This document shows, in pieces, positions 9,837 through 18,800 of a stretch of 64,000 bases of DNA. Both the position numbers and the translations under genes were made by a program. This stretch comes from a virus, in the IMG/VR virus record IMGVR_UViG_3300047379_000570, positions 7,164 through 71,163 of that record, one strand, 5' to 3'. How positions within the stretch are numbered: the stretch's first letter is position 1; the number at the start of each line of letters is the position of its first letter. The notes under the pieces are model-generated. The model was not told the DNA's origin. It saw only the letters and a list, made by a program, of their open reading frames with translations, and did no database searches.

Positions 9837-11009
9837 ATGCCAAGACTATCATTATATAAACCCGAACGCGGCAATGACTATTACTTTTTGGATAAGCAAA
9901 TCCAAGAAATGTTTACCATTGGCGGCACCGATATTAACATACACAAATACTTAGGTACTGATGCACCTAGTGAAGATGACCGTAGTGCTGTACAACCCGA
10001 GTACGATGCTGTAAAAGAAACAAATATACAAGATTTGTTATTCTTAGAAAATAGAGATAGAAAATACGATCCTGATGTTTATACAATGCGCGGCATTTAT
10101 AATGTACAAGATATTGATTTTGATCTATCACAATTTGGATTATTTTTAAGTAATGATACATTGTTTATGACTATACCAATTAATAGCAGTGTAAAGACAT
10201 TAGGCAGAAAGATTATGAGTGGCGATGTAATTGAATTGCCGCATTTAAAAGACGAATATGCATTAAATGACTACGATGTTTCACTTAAACGGTTTTATGT
10301 TGTAGAGGATGTAAACAGAGCCGCAGAAGGATTTAGTCAAACATGGTATCCACATTTATATAGACTAAAATTAAAACAAATTTATGATGGTCAAGAATAT
10401 GCAGAAATACTTGATCTTCCTGTATCAGAAGATTCTGATACAACACTAAGAGATGTATTATCTACCTATGAAAAAGAAATGCAAATTAATAGTGCAGTAG
10501 TTGCACAAGCAGAAGCAGACGCTCCTAAGAGTGGTTTTGACACTAGTCATTATTATTCTATAGCAACCGACGATAACGGCAATATTGCATTACAAACAGC
10601 AGATGAAACTGACTTAGATGCAAGTAATATTAATATTAATGCAGATGAAATAGCAGATAGGCCTGATAGAGCAGGATATTCAGGATACCTTGTTAACTAC
10701 GGCGACGGCAATGCGCCAAATGGTTCTCCATTTGGCTTTGGTATACAATTTCCTAGAGATAATGCAGACGGAGATTATTTTTTGCGTACAGATTTTTTTC
10801 CAAATAGAATGTTTAAATTTGACGGCTTACGTTGGATAAAGATAGAAGACAATTTAAGAATGGATCTAAGCAATACACTAGAACGCAGAACTTACAAGTC
10901 CTCGTTTATTAACAATACTGCAACAAATAATATAGACGGCGAACAAGTTGAAGAAAGACAAAGTCTATCAAAGGCGCTTAGGCCAAAAAAACCAACGGCG
11001 GATAATTAA
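9837..11009 (+). CDS. gp14: Neck/head-closure protein (gp14-like)
   Basis: DLSQFGLFLSNDTLF, GDVIELPHL and FYVVEDV motifs; located between gp13 and gp15; start taken at the ATG at 9837. Confidence 0.8.
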   Translation: MPRLSLYKPERGNDYYFLDKQIQEMFTIGGTDINIHKYLGTDAPSEDDRSAVQPEYDAVKETNIQDLLFLENRDRKYDPDVYTMRGIYNVQDIDFDLSQFGLFLSNDTLFMTIPINSSVKTLGRKIMSGDVIELPHLKDEYALNDYDVSLKRFYVVEDVNRAAEGFSQTWYPHLYRLKLKQIYDGQEYAEILDLPVSEDSDTTLRDVLSTYEKEMQINSAVVAQAEADAPKSGFDTSHYYSIATDDNGNIALQTADETDLDASNININADEIADRPDRAGYSGYLVNYGDGNAPNGSPFGFGIQFPRDNADGDYFLRTDFFPNRMFKFDGLRWIKIEDNLRMDLSNTLERRTYKSSFINNTATNNIDGEQVEERQSLSKALRPKKPTADN

Positions 11010-12421
11010 TGTTACATTTTTACGACGGCCAAATAAGAAGATACACTACGCAAATGATGCGTATACTAAGTAACTTTCCAGTAAAAGATGGTAAGGGTAC
11101 AATTAAAGACGTACCAGTAACATACGGAGATTTAACTAGGCAAGTAGCAAGTATTATTAGAGAAAATAGTGAAAACAAACTTCCAACTGTTCCTAGAATA
11201 GCTGTATACCTAACTGGATTAGAACTTGATAAAGATCGTTTAGCTGATGCTACTTATACACGCAAAACAAATATAAGGGAACGTGCATATGATACAGAAA
11301 ACGAAGAATATCTTAACTATCAAGGCAAAAACTATACAGTTGAAAGATTAATTCCAACTCCTTATATGATGCGATTAAATGCAGATATTTGGGCAAGTAA
11401 TACTGATCAAAAACTACAACTACTAGAGCAAATACTAGTATTATTTAATCCTAGTTTAGAAATGCAAACTACTGATAACTTTATCGACTGGACTAGTATA
11501 ACTGTTGTAAATTTAGAAAATGTAACATGGTCTAATCGAAGTATTCCTGTAGGTGTTGATAGTGAAATTGATATAGCAACACTTACGTTTAGTATTCCAA
11601 TATATATTAGTCCGCCTACTAAAGTTAAAAAAATGGGCGTCATTACAAATGTTATTACTTCAATGTTTGACGAGTCAAGAGGTGATATTGACACTGGTAT
11701 AAGTGCTCCTCAAATAAACCAATACGATGACTTTGCTAAGCCTGGTACAGTAGAAACTGGATTTGGTCGTAAAGCAAATACTGATATTTCAAAAGAGGCA
11801 GCTAACGTAAACTTTAATACATTTGGTGCATACGTAGACGGAGATACTGTAAGATTAGTATCAAATGGAGCCGTTGGAGTTAAAAACTGGAGAGAAATAT
11901 TTATAGCACTTCCAGGAACATATGCTGCGGATGTAGCTAGAGTATTCTTTAGAAGCATTGATAATGATAGTACAGCAACTGGCACATTTACCCTTAATCC
12001 GTTTGATGAAACTATAATTAACGTAAATTGGGATGATGATAGTTTTCCATCAGACACTATTATTGCTGGTAGAACTAGTATTGATTATATTATTAATCCG
12101 TTAAATTACAATCCTACATCTATTAAAACACCTGGCTTACGCTTATTACTACTAGACAATTTAAGTAGCCCAGATGCAACAGAATATCCAGCAGCATGGA
12201 AAAATAGTGATAGCACAGGATTTTTTGCTAGTGCAAACGACATTATAGAATGGGACGGCAACAATTGGTCAATTGTATTTGATGCTAGTGAATCTACAGA
12301 AACAGTATATACTACAAATCTTAATACTAGTACACAATATAGATATAAAGATGATGAATGGTTAAAGTCAGTAGATGGAGATTATCCAGTTGGTACATGG
12401 AGGATTGACTTAACTGGCTAA
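11009..12421 (+). CDS. gp15: Tail sheath stabilizer/terminator (gp15-like) with C-terminal extension
   Basis: HFYDGQIRRY, VPVTYG, PTPY and QLLEQILVLFNP motifs. Confidence 0.85.
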   Translation: MLHFYDGQIRRYTTQMMRILSNFPVKDGKGTIKDVPVTYGDLTRQVASIIRENSENKLPTVPRIAVYLTGLELDKDRLADATYTRKTNIRERAYDTENEEYLNYQGKNYTVERLIPTPYMMRLNADIWASNTDQKLQLLEQILVLFNPSLEMQTTDNFIDWTSITVVNLENVTWSNRSIPVGVDSEIDIATLTFSIPIYISPPTKVKKMGVITNVITSMFDESRGDIDTGISAPQINQYDDFAKPGTVETGFGRKANTDISKEAANVNFNTFGAYVDGDTVRLVSNGAVGVKNWREIFIALPGTYAADVARVFFRSIDNDSTATGTFTLNPFDETIINVNWDDDSFPSDTIIAGRTSIDYIINPLNYNPTSIKTPGLRLLLLDNLSSPDATEYPAAWKNSDSTGFFASANDIIEWDGNNWSIVFDASESTETVYTTNLNTSTQYRYKDDEWLKSVDGDYPVGTWRIDLTG

Positions 12422-12429
12422 CTATATGT

Positions 12430-12870
12430 ATGACAGATATGATTACATGTAGTGGAGCATTATTTTACACATTAGATACTAATAGATTTCTTTTCCTGCA
12501 TAGAGCTAACGGCAAACGTAATAACATGTGGGGACTAGTCGGAGGCACTAACGAAGCTGCTGAAACTCCGTTCGAAGGACTTAAACGAGAAATTGAAGAA
12601 GAAATAGGATTTTTGCCAGATATCAAAAAAACACTTCCTTTAGAAAGTTTTTTAAGTGCAGATAGTAAATTTTATTTCCATACTTATCTTTGTGTAATAC
12701 ATTGTGAATTTATTCCTATCCTTAATAACGAACACGACGGTTATGCTTGGTGTAGTTTTACTAAGTGGCCAAAACCGTTACATCATGGACTACGTAATAC
12801 TTTACAAAGTAGAGTTAATTTAAATAAACTAGAAACTGTATTTCAAACTATAAATCTCCTTGACAAATAG
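12430..12870 (+). CDS. Nudix hydrolase
   Basis: Nudix box GGTNEAAETPFEGLKREIEEEIG. Confidence 0.9.
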   Translation: MTDMITCSGALFYTLDTNRFLFLHRANGKRNNMWGLVGGTNEAAETPFEGLKREIEEEIGFLPDIKKTLPLESFLSADSKFYFHTYLCVIHCEFIPILNNEHDGYAWCSFTKWPKPLHHGLRNTLQSRVNLNKLETVFQTINLLDK

Positions 12871-12888
12871 CTTAAAAGAAAGTATAAT
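12860..12888 (+). promoter_or_regulatory. Consensus sigma70 promoter of the heptose operon (probably leaderless transcript)
   Basis: TTGACA (12860-12865), 17 nt, TATAAT (12883-12888); the ATG follows 6 nt later. Confidence 0.85.
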
Positions 12889-12894
12889 AAAGTT

Positions 12895-14037
12895 ATGAAA
12901 GTCTTAGTTCTTGGTGACATAATCATCGACAAATATATTTACGGTACTAGTTCACGTATTAGTCCTGAGGCTCCTGTTCCTGTTGTAACATATAAACGTG
13001 AAGTTGAAACACTTGGCGGTGCAGGACTTGTATATGAAAATCTTAAAAGTTTAGGTGTTGATGTTGAGTTAGTTGAAACAAATCAGCCACACAGTATAAA
13101 AACACGCATTATATGTGACGGACATTATATCACACGAATAGATGATGATAAAAATGCAAATGGTGACGAAGTATTGAGAGCTATCAAACGTCAACCTAAT
13201 CTAGAACAATACGAATATGTTATTCTAAGTGATTACAACAAAGGTACATTAGATGAGTCGATAGAGATTATTAAATATCTAAACACATTTGGCTGTAAGG
13301 TAATTGTAGATCCTAAAGAACATGCAACTCAATATAAAGACGCATGGTTAGTAAAACCTAATAACAGTGAATTTACTAAGTTTGGGTTTTGTCAGTGGCA
13401 AGGAAATATTATTACTACTAATGCTGGTGATAATGTACTTGCTAGTATAGATGGTGTTGAGTATAATCTGCCTGTTGCACAAGTAGAAGTATCAGATGTT
13501 ACTGGCGCAGGTGATTGTTTCTTAGCTGCATTTGTATACGGTTTAACTAAGAATTATGATTATACGCAATGTTTAGAACTTGCTATTAAAGGATCTAGAC
13601 GTGCAGTACAGCACGTAGGTACACATATACTTACACACAGTGATATTGAAGAACGTGTAATCTTTACAAACGGTGTGTTTGATATTATGCACACAGGACA
13701 TTTTAATTTATTAAAAGAAGCACGTAGTTTAGGCGACAAACTTGTAGTTGGGCTTAATTCAGATGCAAGCGTAAAGCGCCTAAAAGGCAACGCCCGTCCA
13801 ATAAACAATATAGAAAAACGTGTTGAACAGATATCTATACTACCTTGGGTAGATGAAGTTCACGTTTTTGAACAAGATACTCCTTATGAGTTAATTAAAC
13901 ATATACAGCCTAACTTAATTGTAAAAGGCGGAGATTATACTGTTGAAACTGTTGTAGGACATGATTTAACTGATGTGCATATTATACCTACAGTAGACGG
14001 ATACTCAACAACACAAATTATAGAGAATAGCAAATGA
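12895..14037 (+). CDS. hldE: Bifunctional heptose-7-phosphate kinase / heptose-1-phosphate adenylyltransferase
   Basis: RISPEAPVPVV, SDYNKG and DVTGAGD (PfkB kinase), followed by FTNGVFDIMHTGH, GLNSDASVKRLKG, KGGDY and YSTT (nucleotidyltransferase). Confidence 0.95.
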   Translation: MKVLVLGDIIIDKYIYGTSSRISPEAPVPVVTYKREVETLGGAGLVYENLKSLGVDVELVETNQPHSIKTRIICDGHYITRIDDDKNANGDEVLRAIKRQPNLEQYEYVILSDYNKGTLDESIEIIKYLNTFGCKVIVDPKEHATQYKDAWLVKPNNSEFTKFGFCQWQGNIITTNAGDNVLASIDGVEYNLPVAQVEVSDVTGAGDCFLAAFVYGLTKNYDYTQCLELAIKGSRRAVQHVGTHILTHSDIEERVIFTNGVFDIMHTGHFNLLKEARSLGDKLVVGLNSDASVKRLKGNARPINNIEKRVEQISILPWVDEVHVFEQDTPYELIKHIQPNLIVKGGDYTVETVVGHDLTDVHIIPTVDGYSTTQIIENSK

Positions 14038-14852
14038 GAATATTAATAACTGGATATAAAGGATTTATTGGAAGAAATCTAGCAATGTATTTGCAGCGTC
14101 AAGGACATGATGTAGAAGGATGGGAATGGCAGCCTGGTATCATTCCTAGTACAGAAGACTACGATTGGTGTATACATTTAGGTGCAATTAGTTCAACTAC
14201 TTTTACTGATGTAAATCAAATACTAGAACAAAATTTTGAATTTAGTATTAGGCTTGCACAAGTGTGTGAAAACTTTGGTACTAATTTACAATATGCATCT
14301 AGTGCAAGTGTATACGGACCTACTACACATTTTACTGAAGATGGTCCTTTATTGCCGCAGTCGCCGTATGCATGGTCAAAATATTTGTTTGATAGATATA
14401 TTACACAATACAAGGACGAATTCGGTATCTTAGTGCAAGGCTTCCGTTACTTTAATGTGTACGGAGAAGGCGAAGAACACAAAGGTGATCAAGCAAGTCC
14501 TTATACTAAATTTGCATATCAAGCTAAAGACAACGGTGTAATTAAATTATTTGAAGATAGTAATAACTATCTTAGAGATTTTGTATGTGTAGAAGACATA
14601 TGTAAAGTACACGAACTAATGTTAAATGTAGATGCTACAGACATTTACAATGTAGGCACAGGACGTCCAGTAAGTTTTGAAACAGTAGCACAAACTATTG
14701 TTAACAAACTTGGCGGACAAATTGAATATATCCCAATGCCAGAAAATTTAAAGTCGCAATACCAAAGTTATACATGTGCTAATATAGATAAATTAAATTC
14801 TGTAATAGATATGAATTGGACAAATATAGAGGATTATATTAATGGAAAGTGA
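14034..14852 (+). CDS. hldD: ADP-L-glycero-D-manno-heptose 6-epimerase
   Basis: TGYKGFIG, HLGAISSTT, YASSASVYG, YAWSK, FRYFNVYG..E.HKG and YQSYT; operon context. Confidence 0.9.
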   Translation: MRILITGYKGFIGRNLAMYLQRQGHDVEGWEWQPGIIPSTEDYDWCIHLGAISSTTFTDVNQILEQNFEFSIRLAQVCENFGTNLQYASSASVYGPTTHFTEDGPLLPQSPYAWSKYLFDRYITQYKDEFGILVQGFRYFNVYGEGEEHKGDQASPYTKFAYQAKDNGVIKLFEDSNNYLRDFVCVEDICKVHELMLNVDATDIYNVGTGRPVSFETVAQTIVNKLGGQIEYIPMPENLKSQYQSYTCANIDKLNSVIDMNWTNIEDYINGK

Positions 14853-15261
14853 AACTACTCGATTAAATGGCGTTGTAGAAAAAGGATGGGGTTACGAATT
14901 AATCTGGGCAACTAATGACAAATATTGTGGGAAACTTATGGTTTTCCAAAAAGCGGGCGCTCGATTTAGTATGCATTTTCACCGAGAAAAAGATGAAACT
15001 TGGTTTGTAAACAATGGTAGATTTTTAGTAAAATGGATTGATACTAAAACTGCTAAATGGGATGAAAGAGAGCTTAAAGCAGGCGATACATGGCATAATC
15101 CTCCATTACAGCCACACCAACTAATTGCTATTACAGCAGGAAGTAGTATTACAGAAGTAAGCACACCTGATAGTGTTGAAGATAACTATCGAGTTGCGCC
15201 AGGTGACAGTCAAAGAGAAAACAATGAGCCGATTCCAGAAGCCAGTACAGCAACAGAATAG
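14842..15261 (+). CDS. Cupin-fold protein (sugar isomerase-like)
   Basis: KGWGYE, SMHFHREKDETW and PHQL cupin metal-binding motifs. Confidence 0.8.
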   Translation: MESETTRLNGVVEKGWGYELIWATNDKYCGKLMVFQKAGARFSMHFHREKDETWFVNNGRFLVKWIDTKTAKWDERELKAGDTWHNPPLQPHQLIAITAGSSITEVSTPDSVEDNYRVAPGDSQRENNEPIPEASTATE

Positions 15262-15820
15262 TTATACCAAATACGTTGTTGGTTTAGATCGCGACGGAGT
15301 AATCAATAAAGATCTTGGAACATATGTTACTAAATCTCAAGATTTTATTCCTATAGAAAAAAGTTTAGAAGCAATTGCATTAATACGATCTAAAGGTCAT
15401 CAAATTGTAATTATTACAAATCAAGGCGGAATACAAAAGGGTGTACTTACAGAGACACAAGTAAATGAAGTCCACAAACACATGTTTGACCTTTTAGGAA
15501 AAGTAGGATGTCCAAGTATTGACGGATTGTATCATAGCTCTAGTAGTTTAAAACATGATTTTTTTGCTAAACCTAATATAGGAATGTTTGAACGTGCCCA
15601 AGATGAAATACCTAATGTTAATTTTTCTAAAGGCATATACATTGGTGATAAACTTTCTGATCTAAAAGCAGCAGATAAAATAGGCGCAAAGCCTATACTA
15701 GTGCGTACTGGATACGGATTAGAAACTGAAAAACTGCTTAATACTCGTTTTACTTATAACAAACTTAAAAAGAAAACTCGAATATTTGATAGTCTTTGGG
15801 ACGTTGCACAAGCCCTTTAG
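15224..15820 (+). CDS. gmhB: D-glycero-D-manno-heptose-1,7-bisphosphate phosphatase (HAD IIIA)
   Basis: LDRDGVIN, ITNQGG, KP..GM, IGDKLSDL and LVRTGYG; start taken at the ATG at 15224. Confidence 0.9.
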   Translation: MSRFQKPVQQQNSYTKYVVGLDRDGVINKDLGTYVTKSQDFIPIEKSLEAIALIRSKGHQIVIITNQGGIQKGVLTETQVNEVHKHMFDLLGKVGCPSIDGLYHSSSSLKHDFFAKPNIGMFERAQDEIPNVNFSKGIYIGDKLSDLKAADKIGAKPILVRTGYGLETEKLLNTRFTYNKLKKKTRIFDSLWDVAQAL

Positions 15821-18800
15821 GCTTGCGCTTCACCCCATTTAAGAATCAAGTTAGCTTCAACATTTGTACCGCCCACTTTATACACATTAATAGCAAGTAC
15901 GTCTGGACCATTTGGGAATGTTCCTCGTCCACCTAGCGTAGTGTTTGTAAGCTCTTTCAATTCACTAAAGTCAACAGTTGCACGTTCTCCTGGTGTTGCA
16001 ATAAAGGAGAACACAGTTTCACCTGGTTGTGCATAGGGTGGTTGAACGAATGTAAATTCTACTGTACCACTACCTGCTGTTAGTGTTCCACTAAACGAAT
16101 TGTTAAACTGTATTTCATAAAATTCAGTAGATCCATGTTGTTTAGGAGTTATACTGTTAACCTGTGTGTTAGCAGGGAAAGTTACTGTGCCGCCGTTACT
16201 TAGATTTGTACCTTGCTTAACTCCTGCACTATCAACTTCTGATTTACTAAGATATGCAAAGTTTCTGCCTACAAGTGATTGATTAAACGTAAATGTCATA
16301 GTCTGACCAGAGCCTACAGTGTTTTGAACATTTTGAGACAGTCTAACAAAAACGTAATTGCTGTTGTTTTCATCTACAGAAGTAATAGTTGTACCGCTCC
16401 GTATGTTGCTGCCAGTAACTGTAGCACCAACTACAATAGGACCATTTGATTCATATTGTGATTTGTTTAGATATAGATAGTTACCTCGTCTCCAAGTACT
16501 ATAAAATGTATTTACAGTAAATGATAAACTACCAACTGCTGTAGCTGTTGCTGTAGTAGCAGCATCACCTGATGACCATACAACAGAACCACCAGCAGCA
16601 ACTTGGGCAAAGCTAGGCTGACCACCTTGCGCAACACCGCTCAATGTTGTCCAACCAACATCGTTTGGATTGATTGGATAGTTTTGCGGGTTAAGTACAC
16701 CTTCAACAACAATACCGCCAGTTATTGGTGCATTACTATTTCCAGTATCAACACCGTCTGATGTAACTTCAAGACCTTGTAGCAACAATTGTGCTCTGTT
16801 TAGTAGTTCTCTTTCACCTAAGTCTCCAATAATTGCGTTTGATACACTAGGTGCTAGTCTAATCATAAACGCTGTTTGTTTAGTAGTACTAACCTCAATT
16901 CCTGGTTCTGCATATGAGAAGATATATCCTCTATCTTCATCAAATCCGCCGTCTGTTAAGAACGCCGAACCCCAGTGACTAATTAAAGGAGTAATTGTAT
17001 TACTAATTAATATTACGCCAGTTCTTGCCTCATGCGGGACAGCTCCGCCTGCGCTATAAGTACGTTCGGCGCCTGCTTGGAAGTTAGTTAATGTTGTTCC
17101 TCTTGTTAAACCAGTTAGATGATTTGAAGAACGTCCACTAAACGTAATAATTTCATTATCAATATAAACAGTGCCGTATTCTGGGAAGAAACTTCCGTCC
17201 ACTAGTTCTAAAGTAGTTGCACTTGCATCCAAATCTGCTGCTAGTTTACCCGGAGGTCCTTCGTTAGTAACTTCATAACGCACAGGCAAGTTACCTGAAC
17301 GCATAAATGCTTCTGTGTTTACGTTTGAGTTACGCATTCTGTGACAGAATATAAAGTTACCATCTTGTCCACGTAGCATAAAGTCAATAAAACCAGCACC
17401 ATACCAACTGTATTGAATACCAATCATTTGCATTTTAGCAATGTCAATGTCATAACCACTTGGTCCGGTGCCATCCAATGTGTCTAGATTAAAGTCAGCT
17501 GACTTAACTTTCTTATCAATAACTAGATTCATTTTTGCACCAGTAGCAGGAGTTACACCTCTAAAGTCAGGCGTAACAGTACAAGATGTTTGGCTAGTAA
17601 CATTTGTTACCACGTGTGTCATACCTTTGATAATAACTCTATCACCTGCTGTTAACTGATCGCGGAATCTTGTGTTTGTTCCTGTTACTAGATTCCCGTC
17701 AACTTCAATTGCAATAGTTCCAGCTACCTGCTGAGTACCAGTACGTTGATTAACACTAACGTTAGTACCGTCGAATTCCCAGAAAATACCGTTTTGATCG
17801 TCAAAGATGCCTGAACGTACAGTTGCGCCGTGCCATGCAACAACACTCATTTGTGCGCCAAAACCAATGTTGGCTTCTTGTTTAAATGCTCCAATAGTAT
17901 CTTCAACTACGGCTGTATTTCTTCTTTTCTTAAGTTCTGCAAGAGTATCTGCAATTCTTGTAGATAACGATTCAGCTTGTGAAACACCGTCTAAATAATT
18001 TATAAGATCGTTAGTATCATCTACAGTGAAGCTTCCTGAGTTGTTAATATCGCCCCACGCATATCCATCTGGTGCAGTCTCGTTGATAAAGAAATCGTGT
18101 ATGTCATTAGTGTTAGTTCCACCTGCTGCTTCATCAAATGCAACAACTAGTGGTGACGTATTAGTCGGCGAGTTTAAAACAATTTCTGTAGTGTCGCCTA
18201 ATCTGCGTTTTGATCTAACTGTAAATGAACGTTCACTTAATACTTCTTCAACTGTGTAATCAAATCCTGGAGGTACTTCTGGATTAACTCCTGAATTATA
18301 TCCCGGTGTTTCTACACCTAACAATCTAATTATACCACCTGCTTGTACGCCGTGATCGTTATCATCTGTTGTAATAGTAATTAACGAATTAAGTTCTGTT
18401 CCAGCTGCCGATATAGTTGAAAGATCGTAACTTGGAGCAAATAGCGCACCAGTTGTATACATAATACCCTTACCTGATTGGTAACGAATATATTTTTTAC
18501 TTTGACGTATTGCTTGTGCGCCATGCTGTGGACCGCCTGTTCCTAACTGCACACCGCCATCAAATGGTCTGTGAACAAAGAAGCTGTCTGGCCTTGCATA
18601 TATTACGCCATTGATCGGATCAGTAGCATCTGTTGTAATTGTTCCTGCTGCTCTAGCAGTATATCTTAGTTTATCTATTGCCGGAATATTAGTAACAAGG
18701 AATGCTCCGTCTGCAAGATCATGATTGTTTGTTCCGTCATCTGTTGATGTTGCTGTAATAAACGTATCGCCAGGCACAAGTCCGTGTGCAGCAGGGAATG

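Noticed and set aside
9793-9852. Overlapping extended starts for gp13 (9852) and gp14 (9819) given by the ORF track
   Set aside because: They run across the shared promoter palindrome; the downstream ATGs at 9792 and 9837 fit the SD and promoter positions better
12895-15820. Heptose genes as host chromosomal DNA or a prophage boundary
   Set aside because: Flanked on both sides by virion genes with tight overlaps and similar base composition; no integrase or att-like junction
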